A stretch of 64,000 bases of DNA from Lama guanicoe (taxonomy: Eukaryota). Below, one piece after another: positions 25,392 to 37,655 of the stretch (position 1 is the stretch's first letter; every line of letters starts with the position of its first letter). The stretch spans positions 1,352,927 through 1,416,926 of the forward strand of contig MU053513.1 in assembly GCA_013239625.1 (NCBI GenBank), given 5' to 3'. Position numbers and translations under genes: made by a program. A model generated the notes under the pieces. The model was not told the DNA's origin and made no database searches. It was given only the letters and a program-made list of their open reading frames with translations.

Positions 25392-26378
25392 TAAATACTT
25401 AAGAGTGAAATTTCTGGCTCAGATGGTAACTATTTCATTTTGAGGTAGTGCCAGTACCATTTTACACTCCTACCAGCAATGTATCAAGGTTCTAATTACT
25501 TCACATCCTCCACACCAACACTCTTTACTGTCCTTTTAATTATATGCAGTATGATAGGTGTGAAGTTGTATCTCACTGTGATTTTAATTTGCATTTATCT
25601 AAGGACTAATGAGTTTGAGCATCTTGTCACATGCTTATTAGTCATTCATATCTCTTCTTTTGAAGAAATGTCTATTCAAACCATTTGCCTGTTTTTAAAT
25701 TTGATTGCCTTTTTATTATTGAATTGGAAGAGTTGTTTCTATATTCTGTGTATATGTACTTACCAGATATATGATTTTCAAAACTTTTCTCCCAATCTGT
25801 GGGTAATATTTCTACTTTCTTTATGGTATCCTTTGAAGCACAAGGAAACATATATGTAAACACAAAAAAGAAACATGTACATAAGTATTCAAAACAGTAT
25901 TATTCATAATAGCCAAAAGATGGAAAGAACCCAAATGTCCTTCACCCACTGAACAAACAAAATAGGGTACATCCATACAATGGAATATGATTCAGCAATC
26001 AAAAAAAGAATGAAGTACTGGTAGCTACAATATGGATGAATCTCAAAGACATTATGCTTAGTGAAAGAAAGCAGTCACAAGAGACCACATATCATATTAT
26101 CATATTTAAAATGTCCAGAATAGTCAAATCCATATGGACAAAAATATAGTAGGGGCTGCCTAGGGCTGGGAGGTGAGGGTGGAGAATGAGGTGGATGATG
26201 TGGAGTGGCTGCCAACGGATACAAGGTTTCTCTGGGGGATGATGAAATGTTCTAAAAGTATATTATAGTGATGGTTTCACAACTCTGTACATATACTAAA
26301 ACCATTGAGTTGTACACCCTAAACAGAGTAAGTTTATGGTATGTAAATTATATCTCAAAATGCTGTTAAAAAAAAACT
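25392..26378 (+). mobile_element. L1MB-like 3' end with an inverted 5' segment
   Basis: About 25392-25843 is antisense L1 ORF2 end; about 25844-26378 is sense 3' UTR ending 'atgtaaattatatctcaaaatgctgttaaaaaaaaa'. Confidence 0.75.
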
Positions 26379-26419
26379 AATATAATATATATGATCTCCA
26401 CATGTAAGAAAGGTGAGCC

Positions 26420-27524
26420 AGAACCCCCTAACCCCTGCTACACTTCCAAAATGTACACTTTTCTGAAGGGACTTAGAGGTGACCGTGCAATTGAAGAAAA
26501 AGAAACAATCAGAGTTTTGAGGTGTTCCTGAACACTGGCTCTGTAATGGCACCAATTCCTTTGATCCCAAATGCCAGTGGGGTCCACCAGTGAAAGGAAG
26601 GACTTACATAGATTAGGCGATCAATAGAGTATTGGCTTAAGGTGTGTTATCCTCCTGAATGTATATCCTTGTAGAGTGATGCCAGTGCATTTCCCAGCCC
26701 ACACTGTGATTACTTCCCCAGTTTCTGGAATGTATAGTTGGAATAGACATCATCAGCAACTGACAACATCCTCTCTGTGCCATGGAGTGCTATTATGTTA
26801 GGAAAAGTCAAGCAGGACTCTAAAAAAGCAATATGGTGTTTCTGGAGGAACTGTAAGTTAATTACATCATAAAGAACTTGAAGGATGCAGAGATAATGAC
26901 TCTCTTCATATCCTCATTCAACTCACCTGTTTAACCTCTACAGCGGACAGATGTATCTTGGAAAATGATAGTGTGTTTTCATAAACTTAACCAAGTGGTA
27001 ACTCCATATCCAGCTGCTGTTCCAGATGCTTCTTCACTGAAGCAAATCATCACATTCTTTGGTGCAGTATTTTTTACTGAAGTGTAGTTAATTTACAGTG
27101 TTAGTTTCAAGTGTATGGCGAAGCAGTTCAGTTATACATATACATACATCCATATATGTATTTTCAGTTTATTTTCCATTATAATTCATTACAAGAAATT
27201 GAATACAGTTCCCTGTGCTATACAGTAGGTTCTTGTTGTTTATCAATTTTATATAAAGTAATACGTATCTGTTAATCCCAAACTCCTAATCTATCCCTCG
27301 CCCCTGCTTTCTCCATCAGTAACCACAGTTTGTTTTCTATGTCCATGAGGCTATTTCTGGTTTGTAAATAAAATTTGTATCTCGTTTTTTTTCAGATTCC
27401 ACATACAAGCAACATATGATATTTGTCTTTCTCTGACTTACTTCACTTAATATAATAATCTCTAGGTCCATCCATGTTGCTGCAAATGGCATTATTTCAT
27501 TCTTTTTTATGACTAATATTCCAT

Positions 27525-27564
<40 letters not shown>

Positions 27565-30500
27565 ACATCTTCTTTACCCAGTCATCTGTTGATGGACATT
27601 TAGGTTGCTTCCATGCCTTGGCTACTGTAAATAGTGCTGCTGTGAACACTGGGTTTCATGTGCCTTTTCGAATTAGAGTTTTCTTGAGATATATGCCCAG
27701 GAGTAGGATTGCTGGATCATATGGTAAGATGATTTTTAGGTTTTTAAGGAATATTCATACTGTCCTCTATAGTGGCTACATCAGCTTACATTCCCATCAA
27801 CAGTGTAGGAGATTTCCTTTTTCTCCATGGTCCCTCTAGCATTTATTATCTGCAGACTTTTTAATGATGGCCATTTTGACTGGTGCAAGGTGACACCTCA
27901 TTGCAGTTTTGACTTGCATTTCTCTAATAATTAGCGAAACTGAGCCTCTTTTCACATGCCTGTTGGCCATCTGGATGACTTCTTTGGAGAAACATCTATT
28001 TGGGTCTTCTCACTTTTTGATTGGGTTGCTTGGTTTTTTGATATTAAGTTGTATGAGCTGTTTAGTCCCTTGTCAGTTGCATCAAAAAACACCTAGGAAT
28101 AAACTTACCTAAGGAGGTAACTCTGAAAACTATACTGTACACCAAAAATATATAAGACAGTAACAAAAGAAATGGAAGACAACACAAACATATGGAAAGA
28201 TATACTATGTTCCTGGATCAGAAGAATCAATATTGTTAAAATGGCCACACTACCCAAGGCAATATACAGATTCAGTGCAATCCCTATTAAATTACCAATG
28301 ACATTTTTCACAGAACTGGAGTGAAAAATGCGAAAATTTATACGGAAACACTAAAGACCCTGAATAGCCAAAACAATCTTGAGAAAGAACAGAGCTGGGG
28401 AATCACACCCCCTGACTTAAGGCTATACTACAAAGCTAAAACAGACACATAAATCAATGGAACAGGATAGAAAGTTCAGAAATAAACTCACACACTTACG
28501 GTCAATTAATCTACTATGACAAAGGAGACAAGAATATATAATGGAGAAAGGATAGTCTTTTCAATAAGTGGTGCTGGGAAAACTGGACAGCTACATGTAA
28601 AAGAATGAAATTAGGACATTTCCTGACACCACATACTAAAATAAACTCAAAATGGATTAAAGATCTAAATGTAAGACTTGATACTATAAAGCTCCTAGAG
28701 AAAAACATAGGCAGAACACACTTTGGCATAGGTCACTGCAATATTTTTTTCAAAACAACTCCTTGAGGAATGGAAATAAAGGCAAAAATAAACAAACAGG
28801 ACCTAATCAAACTTAAAAGCTTTTGCACAGCTAAGGATACCATCAACAAAACGAAAAGACAATTGGAGAACTGGAGAAAATATCTGCAAATGGTGCAGTT
28901 ATTGATGTGTCCATTTTTTTCCCCTCTAGACCTGTTAGTGAAGGCCATCAGAAGCAGTGTTCTTACAGTTGGTAAGCCAGCAACACATCTTTACGGTCCT
29001 ATCTTGGAAGAAACACAATTGGAAAATCAATGAAAAGAAGTGTGGATTGAGGAGGGAGGGAAAGTAGATAGATTATCTCCAAGTGGACACAGGGTATGTA
29101 AATATTTTTCCTCTATGAATGCTCACCAAAGAATGACCTCAGCAGAGGAAAACCTTCATAATTAGGTAAGCCAGATGGCTATTCTATGAGTCTCAGGCAA
29201 TCTTTCCCACAGTGGTCACATGAACAAAGGGATGGAGGTTTTACATGAGCTCAACAATTTGGACTTTCACTCACCAAGACCTATTTAGCTATAGCAGTTG
29301 CAGAAATGTCAAACCTGCGAACAACAGGGACCAACACTGAACCCCAGCCCGGTACCATTCCCCAAGGGAACTGGCCAGCCACCTAGTACGACGCTGATTA
29401 CCTTGTACTAATTTCATCAAAGAAAAGGTAGAACTTTGTTCTCACTAGAATAGACACTGTGGATATGAATTTGCCCCTCCAGCCCTCAGTGATTTTGCTA
29501 ATCTATGGGTTTACAAATGCCTTATTCACCATCATCACATTCCACACTGCATTGCTTCTAACCAGGGAACTCATTTCACAGTAAGTGAAGTGTGGCAATA
29601 GACTCAGACTCATGAAACTCAATGTTCTTACCCTTTTCCACACAGTTCTGAGGCTGCTGCATGGAGAGAACTGAGGGCTGACACATGGAAGATTTAGTTA
29701 CAGTGCAAGCTAGGTGGCAGCACTGAGTGACTCTCCAGTGATGTCATTCAAATGCAGTATTTTTTCTGATTCGATAATCAATGTATGGTTCTGTTTCTCC
29801 CATAGCCAGGGTGTATGAGTCAAAAAATCAAGGGAATAAAATGGAGTGACTCTTCTCACTATTACCTTTCGTAACCCACTGGCAAAAGTTTGCTTCCCAT
29901 TCCTGCAGCTTTGCTGGTTTGGAGATCTTAGTTCCCTACCAAGAAGAATGTTTCTACTACATGACACATCAATGATTCCATCAAAGTGGAAGTTGAACCT
30001 GCCTGCGAATCATGTTGGGTTCCTCACGTCAGTAAATCAGCAGAGAATGGACATCATTGGACTGATTGATCATATCTTATCAAAATGAAATCAGTTTGCT
30101 ACATAAAACGGGAGCAGGGAGAAGTATGTCTGAAATACAAGAGTTCCCTTGAATTGCATCTTAGTAGTTCCAAGATCTGTGATCTAAGTCAACAGAAGAC
30201 AACAATTCAATGTAGACAGGACTGCTATTGGCTCAGACCCTTCACTTAGGAAGATTTGGGTCACCCCAACGGACATAGAAGAATGACCACCTGAAGTGTG
30301 ATAAACTTTTTGTTTCTACATTTCCCTTTCCTGTTTTCCTAATACTGAACATAAGCCATATTAATAGTGAATAATTTTATATTCCAATATTTGAAATACA
30401 GGCTATAGAAGAGAAAGTGTGATTCAGATAGAAGAGGAGTTAACATCATCCAACGATGGATCAAGTGGGACTTTGTTTATACTCCACTGTGGAGAAAGTT

Positions 30501-30618
30501 AGCATGCTTTTAGTTGAATCAGGAGTGACTGCACTAAGTTAACTGGAAGATGATTTTGTTACTGAATTTTTTTGGTCAAAATTGGTACATAGAAATAGCA
30601 AGATAATGAGAGGTGGAC
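26420..30618 (+). mobile_element. Degenerate ERVL-class internal region (pro/pol), split by an L1
   Basis: Remnant motifs LNTGS (26528-26542, protease LDTGS-like), HKLNQVVTPYPAAVPD (about 26980-27027, RT), FVLTRIDT (about 29436) and IASNQGTHFT (29551-29580, integrase). PPT-like gagaggtggac precedes TG at 30619. Confidence 0.8.
27070..28890 (-). mobile_element. 5'-truncated L1 with a 5' inversion
   Basis: About 27070-28062 is antisense 3' end; about 28066-28890 is sense ORF2 C-terminal region (e.g. DLIKLKSFCTAK). TSD tggtgcagt at 27060-27068 and 28891-28899. Confidence 0.9.
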
Positions 30619-31110
30619 TGTGCTGGATTGTGCTACTGACAATTTGTTTAAAATGCAGATTATATCTTCCAGCATCCTCTTCCAAGTATGGAATGGGAAA
30701 GGGGACTTGTGCAAGAATTGGAAGGCAGAAATGAACTGAAGCAGGAGTCACCCCTGTGAGAAGCTCACCAGAGTCGGACACAGTGAGGGACAGGTGCAGA
30801 GCTGCCCGGCGTGTAAGTCACTCTCATGGGCCCCTGGTTCAGCTTGTCTTCCTGACCACTGGCCCTGCTGACCAGCAGCAGTCCCAGGACCAACACCAGC
30901 ATCTTGGCTGTGGACCCAGAGAGGCAACCATTTCCAACAGAGCTCTCCATAAGCTCCTACTTTGAGATCCCACCTCAGCAGTTGGATATCCTTGACCTTT
31001 TGGAATTTTCTGCAAACTGTAACTCCTCCACCCACTCCAGTGCCTCAGAAGGACTGCTCAGAGACTTGTTTTCTGGTCCTCTAAGCCCCTCTTTCAGAAC
31101 TTCCCTTTCT
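30619..31110 (+). mobile_element. ERVL-class 3' LTR (LTR33/LTR67-like; 3' end uncertain)
   Basis: Starts tgtgctggattgt immediately after the PPT-like tract of the ERVL relic. Confidence 0.6.
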
Positions 31111-31149
31111 TAGCTTTCCCCACATTTGTTGTTTATTAGGCATACTAAA

Positions 31150-33700
31150 TGTCAACTAAAATAAGCTTATTAATAACATTTTAACCTATAAAGATTTTAT
31201 AGGTTTGTAGGTTTGTTTTGACTACTTAATCTATTAGTTTCTAAAAGGAGTATGTTAAAATCCTTACCTCTAATTGTTGATTTATCTGTTTCTCCCTAAA
31301 ATTCTACCACTTATTACTTTGTACATTCTGACATTTTAGTATAGTTTATAGATATAGATATAGATATAGATGATCTAATTTAACTTTTACATGTACATAA
31401 AACATATTATTAGGATTATGATGTTTTGTGGCTTAAATTCCATTTTGTTAGTTACCAAGCTATTAACCCCAGCTTTATTCTGACCTATGGTTGGCTAGTC
31501 TTTCTTCATCCTCTTATGTCTTTTAAGCGTGTCTGATGAACATTATATATTCTTGAATTTTGTTTTCTTACTCCAATCTGAGATTCCAGATTTTTACTTG
31601 GTGATCTAAATCATTTGTATTTATTTTATACTCAGATGTATTTCAGTCACCTTATTTCATATTTTCCATTTACCGTATTTTCCCTTTTTCCCTCTTCCCT
31701 GATTTCCATTTGGATCGAACTGCTTTCCTTCTGTAGGTTCAAAGGTAAACAACTTATTATTGTTCTTATGGTGATTGCTCTTAGTGGGAGACTTATTTAT
31801 TTATCCATATTGATTTCTTAAAGTTATCAACATTGATTTCTTTCCCTTCAACAAAGGTCCTAATTAGCATGCACTTATGTCCCCTTAATTCCTCCACACA
31901 TGGTCCATTACCAATATTATTTAGGGTTTTTTTTTCTGGCTCACTGTATTATACTTTCCCTTTATTTCTCTGATACTGGATCTTACTTGTTTACAATAAA
32001 CTTGCATGCTATTTTATTACTCTTAGCTTCCAAATCTCTTCTGAGATGAAAATTTTCTCCAAGAGTATTTGGCGAGTGGGGGTATAGGTTAAGAGTTTAT
32101 TTTTTATTATATTCTCACATTTGAATGACAATTTAGCTTAACTTCTTTAATTCTGGTTCAAAGCCATTTTCCTTCAATACCTTAAAAACATTTATTCCAT
32201 TGCTTTCTTACATATAACATTGGTGTTGAGATATGTGGTGGAGAATCTGTTTCTGGAAGCTTTTAGAATTTTCTCTTTGTTTTTAATGTTTCTATATTTT
32301 TCTATTAAACCTCTATGCATGTTGCTTTGGTGGGGGTAGTTAAGTTTATTTATTTATTGTTAATGGCGGCACTGGGATTGAACCCAGGACCCTATGCGTG
32401 CTAGCCATGCGCTCTAGCACTGACTTATATACTCTCCCCCCTAAATCTTGGTGTGTGGATGTTTCCTTCTATCTCCTGTTTGGTCCTGTATGAGGCCTTT
32501 TAAGCTGTGATTTTTCATCATTAACAATGGGAAACTAAGTCTTATTATTTGTTCAAGTATTTATCCTCTCCTTTTCTTTTCTCCTTCTATGAATCCTAAC
32601 AACTGGATATTTACACTTCTCCTGTTTGCCATATCTCTTAGAGTTTACTTTTTTTTTTTTCTCTCTTTATTCTATCTTGCTTCCTCTGGGTAAGTTCCTC
32701 AATCTTTTCTTCTTCACTGATTCAGTCTTCTGCTACATCCTTGTTCATACCCTAACACTTACACACTTTACTTCAATATCACATTCTTCATTCTGAATAT
32801 TTCCCCTTAATTCCTATTTATAACTTTTTATTCTTCCTTTCATATAGCTAAAAAGTATAATTTGTCATTCATATTTAAGATTCTTGATTCATTCGATTCC
32901 AATAATACTGCTTCAGATGGTATACTGTCTTTCGGTTTTAGTATCTGTTTCATGTCATGTGTTTATGAACAGGAGAGCATTAGCTATTCTGTCTAGAATT
33001 GTGTAATGAGAGTGACTTATAGATGGCACTCTAGTTTGTCAGTTCCAGCGAGTTGAAGGAGAGAACAGGGGTCCAGAGCCCCAGACACAACAGAAGGACT
33101 ATTGGCACTCCCCTTTGCTGTCACTCCACAGGCAGGCCTTCTAGGGAGAGTGTGACCCGTAAAGACTTGAAAAGAAGCACCACTGAAAGGAGGAAGTCTT
33201 CCCACACTGGAACCCCATCACCCACCGGCTTTCGCAGGGGAAAGGGATGGAGGAGTGAAGGTCCGAGGGCAGCTGGCCTCTGGGAGGCTGCTTTCAGCCA
33301 CATCTCACCTCACTAGAGCTTTCCGACTGCTCTGTTATTGCCCCTGGTCAGTTGCTGCCAGTTTCTGTGATGACGGGGTGGGCATCGGCTGTCCCAGGGG
33401 AATGAGGAAGGGGCAAGAGCAGAGCGTGAAACCTGCCTCCACCGTCACCGCCCCTGGCAGCCTGCCGCCCAGACCTGCAGCCACTGCACCGACCAGTTCA
33501 AGAGCGCTGAGCCCCACTCCCTCGTTTAATAGTTTCTTCGCGGTTAATTTCTCCACCTTGACAGGAACCAAAAAACAGTATTAATTCTTCCTGGAAGCCT
33601 TGTGCTTCCACCCTTGATATTCTTGATCTTCGTCCAAATTGCGACTCCCTCGAGGCCGTTCTCCTCTCCCACGGCTGACTTCCCATTTTGCTTTGCGCTT
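31150..33700 (-). mobile_element. Ancient L1 (L1ME-like) ORF1/5' region
   Basis: T-rich antisense L1 motifs ('ggagtatgttaaaatcc', 'ttccattgctttct', 'ttttagaattttctctttg') grading into a GC-richer 5'-UTR-like stretch. Confidence 0.55.
32322..32441 (-). mobile_element. Vic-1-like SINE
   Basis: 'actgggattgaacccaggaccctatgcgtgctagccatgcgctctagcactgacttatatactctcccc' is the antisense of the same SINE. Confidence 0.85.
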
Positions 33701-34239
33701 CTTTCCTCTAGGCCAATCATAATGCTCCTCGCCCTCTAAAACTTATTTATTGTGTCCCAGAGAACCTCCTCTCAGATTAAAAATATCTTTACAACGTCCT
33801 CGGCTTCTTCCAGCTCCTTGTCTAACCTGAAACTTGGACTCGCCTCAAGTACACAGCCTCCCCGACTCAGGCTCCAGTGCCCATACTCCCAGATAGGCAG
33901 GTTAGGTATTGGGACCAGCCCTCTCCTCCTTCCTCGCTGCTGCTGTCCAGATCTCTTCTCCTCCCTCCCGCTGGTAAAAATATCTGCTCCTTTAAGGATC
34001 ATTCCTTTTATTCCTCATCACTGTTGTTTACCAGCCTCCATCCACATCTCCCTGATTAACCAAAGACACTGACAAACAACTCAGACTTTCTGACTCTCTC
34101 CTGCCGTCACACTGGGTGACTGATGTTCATGGGGGCAGCCCACTCATCACACTCTCCTTTTAATCCCCTCATCTCTTCAATGCCGCTGCTCTTAACTCCA
34201 GGCCTCTTCAGCTGCAATTCCAGTATAAATAATAAAAAT

Positions 34240-34440
34240 CATGTTCATTTATTAAATCCTCACTATTTGCTGGTAATATCCTTAGCATTTTTATGTGATT
34301 ATCTTACTTAACCCTGACAGCATTACTATGAATTAAGTACTATTATTGGTTATATTCACTTCTTAAAAGAGAAAACTGAGAGTTTAGGTAACTTGTCCAA
34401 GGTTGGGCACACTGTTTACAATTAAAAGAGCCAGGATTCA
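34240..34440 (-). mobile_element. MIR SINE
   Basis: 'catttattaaatcctcactatttgctgg...gaaaactgagagtttaggtaacttgtccaagg...agagccaggattca'. Confidence 0.65.
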
Positions 34441-34602
34441 GAAAGGAAGTGAAAAAAGGATACTTGAAAATGCAAAAGTCCAAAGTATATAAACTTTAAT
34501 TATATTATCTATGCTCGTCTCCTCCCCTTGGCATTAAAAATAAATGTCAAGAATTGATAATACCAATAATATGGAATCTGCTTTACCGAAAGCAGCTGGA
34601 AG

Positions 34603-34759
34603 TAGGGGGTGGGGATGTATAGCTTAGTGGTAGAGTGAAGTGCTCAGCATGCATGAGGTCCTGGGTTCAATCCCCGGTATGCCCACAGAAATAATAAAAA
34701 TAAATAAACAAATAAATAAACCTAATTATCTCCTCTCCTCCAAGAGAAAATTTTTTTAA
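34603..34759 (+). mobile_element. Vic-1-like SINE
   Basis: ggggatgtatagcttagtggtagagtg...gcatgaggtcctgggttcaatcccc. 12-bp TSD aaagcagctgga at 34589-34600 and 34760-34771. Confidence 0.9.
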
Positions 34760-36399
34760 AAAGCAGCTGGAGAAGTTGGTAAGTTGGCAAATGAAGTGAA
34801 TCATAAAAAAGTATAAAACACAGATCAATTTATTTTCATCTTTGTTAGAAAATACAGATCTTTTACTAGAAATTTCTGGTGCTGACACAGTTATTACCAG
34901 AAAATTTATGAAAGTTGAGCAAACTTAGTCCCAAGATAGTTAAAGCAATCTAGCTAATGTGCTGAGAAAGAAAATAAATGTCTTATAAACCCTGATTCAT
35001 GAGAGGCTTCTAAAATACCTTGCCCTAACTTCTTTTTCAAAAATAGTGATAGCTAATCTCATTCTATAAAATAACATTTTATTAGTTTTCAAGTATTATC
35101 TAATGACCACATCTACATAATATTTACATACAGAGGCATGAAGAAATATTAACAAGAAAATCATTAGTATTTCCTGCTTTGAAGATGCCTGACTACAGTT
35201 CTGAACATCTGCCAGCTTCATCAAGCATTAATTGAAAAAAAAAGAAAAAAGAAGAAGAACATAAAAATGATCCTGAACTTGAATGATCATTAAAGAGAAA
35301 TCGTAAAACCATTAGAAATGAAACACGGCTCATTTTGAGATTGAGAAAGGAAGTGTAATCATCCAAGAAAAAGAAAGATTTTGCCAGAATTCACCATTTA
35401 CTCATAAAATTCAGTTATTTTACATTCCTCACATCACCTTTCTTTCTTAATTAAGGTGATGACAACAACAACAAAATGAAGTTTACTATCACAGTGGTTT
35501 GGTTTTCAGTCAACAAAATAGAAAAAAGAATTTACTTTTAAAGATCCTCCTTTCATCCCCAAAGTAGCAGAAGATGTCCAGTATCTGGGGAATATTCTGG
35601 AATTCATCACACAGGGATCAAACCTGTCATGCTTCCCCCAACCATCCTGGCTGCAGCCCACAGAGTCTGTGCCTGGACAGATGTGTTTCAGGTCCCTGTC
35701 TCCCATAAACAGAGGACTGTGGAGCCAGATGGCCTTCTAATATTGACCAAACTGCCCCATGCACAAGTTTCCAGAAGATTCTACTGTGGCTTCGTTTAAA
35801 ACAATACTCATTTCAGATAATACCCCAGAGTTGAATTCTGTGATGTTAAAAGAAATGAACACAAAGAAGAAATGATGAATTTAAAAAATGGAAAATATAT
35901 GGGAAATCTGAAAAACCACTGATTGTATAAAACAACAGTGTACATGTCTAAAACAATAGCAGTTGTGTCTAGTCATTTTTTTAAAAAGATAAAAATAAGA
36001 CTGCACAGAAATGCAGATAAAATGGATGGGCACTTGAATTAATTACGGCTTTAATTTTAAGTTTACATTATTCATGAAGATAATAATTTTATTGATCAAC
36101 TTTTAACTTGTTAAATATGAATGTCAAAATGTTTAGGGAAGCACTAACAGTGTATAACTTCTAAACTAATGTGAGAAAGAGGAGATGAAATGAGAGGAAG
36201 AGGAAACTAAAGAGAGAGAAGGTTGTGCGTTTTGACAGTTAACCCGCACAGACTAATACACCAGTAAAATTAAGGATGCAAGTAACAGCAGAGCCCATGA
36301 TCCAGGAGTTCCATGCCTGGTACCATACATTCAAAAACCTCCTGCACATGTGCACCAGGAGGTATTTACAAAATGGAAGGGGAGCAACACCCTCAAGGC

Positions 36400-36725
36400 G
36401 TCTGTGCTGTTGCCTCTGCCCGGAACATTGCACAGTCTTTCTCTCATCTTCAGACCTGTTTTCAACTGTTCACATTCTTAGTGAAATCCACCTTATTTAA
36501 AATCTCAATCCCATCCCCAATCCAAGCACTTCTTATTTTCTCTGCCATCTCTCTATAACACTTACCACATTCTTACAAACCATATAATTTACTTCTTCTT
36601 CCGTATATCTACTCCAACTAGAACATAAATTCAATCAGAGTGGGGATTTTCATCCCTTTTCTTCACTGATATATCCCCAGAATCTAGAACAGTGCCTGGC
36701 ATATTGTAGACATGCCACTGAAATT
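36400..36725 (+). mobile_element. L2a-like LINE 3' end
   Basis: 'tgctgttgcctctgcccggaac...ttcactgatatatccccagaatctagaacagtgcctggcata'. Confidence 0.75.
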
Positions 36726-36734
36726 ATATAGAGT

Positions 36735-37655
36735 CTTGTTTGTTTCAGTAGGTAAAAAAAGGAAGTAACCTTAATGTCCCTCAATATGGAAGTAGATAAA
36801 GTATGACATATTCAACTACTCAGACATAAAAAAGAATGAGATCATGCCATTTGCAGCAACATGGATGGACCTGGAGATAGTCATTCTAGGTGCAGTAAGC
36901 CAGAAAGAGAAAGAAAAATGCCACATGATATCACTTATATGTAGAATCTAAAAAAAAAAAACTTATTTGCAAAACAGAAACAGATTCACAGACACAGAAA
37001 ACAAACTTACGGTTACCGGAGGAGAAGGGGGTGGGAAGAGATAAACTGGGATAAATTTGTAGATACTATCTACTATATACAAAATAAATTTTTAAAAAGT
37101 TTATACTGTATAGCACAGGAAACTATATTCAGTATCTTGTAGCAATCGATAATGAGAAAGAAAATGAAAATCAAATTATGAATGTGTATGTATGACAAAC
37201 ATGCTGTGACCCAACATTGTAAACTGACTATAAGTCGAAAAAAGTAAATTAAAAGTATGACATATTCATACAAAGCCATATCATGTAATAGTGAAAGTAA
37301 ATGAATTGCATGAATCAACATGAATGAATTCTAAGAACAGGTTGTTGAGCAAAAAGCAAGTCACTGAAGAACACATGCGGTAAGACTCCCCTTATATTAA
37401 GTTCAAAAACGTGAAATGCAAACAACATATTGTTTAGAGATACATGATTATCTGCTAGAACAATGGACAAGAGCAAGAGAACAAAACAATGCAAAATCCA
37501 GGCAGTGAGGATGTCTGGGTGCTCAGAGAGAAAGGTAGGATGAGGAAGGGACACAGAAGCTCTGTTTATTTAGCTAGATGGTAAGTACATGGGTGTTGGC
37601 TTTACCATTACTCTTGGTATATTATTACTTTTTATATATTAAACATATAATAAAA
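36735..37655 (+). mobile_element. Ancient L1 (L1ME-like) 3' end, split by a younger L1
   Basis: 'aaccttaatgtccctcaatatgg' ... 'caacatgaatgaattctaagaacagg...aaaaagcaagtcactgaag'. Confidence 0.6.
36815..37251 (+). mobile_element. Camelid-type 5'-truncated L1 3' end
   Basis: 'atgccatttgcagcaacatggatggacctggag...tactgtatagcacagg...acattgtaaactgactata'. Perfect 17-bp TSD aaagtatgacatattca at 36798-36814 and 37252-37268. Confidence 0.9.

Noticed and set aside
27528..29033. Several ORFs, one containing DLIKLKSFCTAK
   Set aside because: Fragments of a truncated, inverted L1 ORF2 or its antisense strand, not host genes.
35540..35740. + strand frame starting DPPFIPKV, reminiscent of an AGC-kinase C-tail
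   Set aside because: Similarity is limited to about 7 residues, the acceptor is weak and no kinase exons are nearby.
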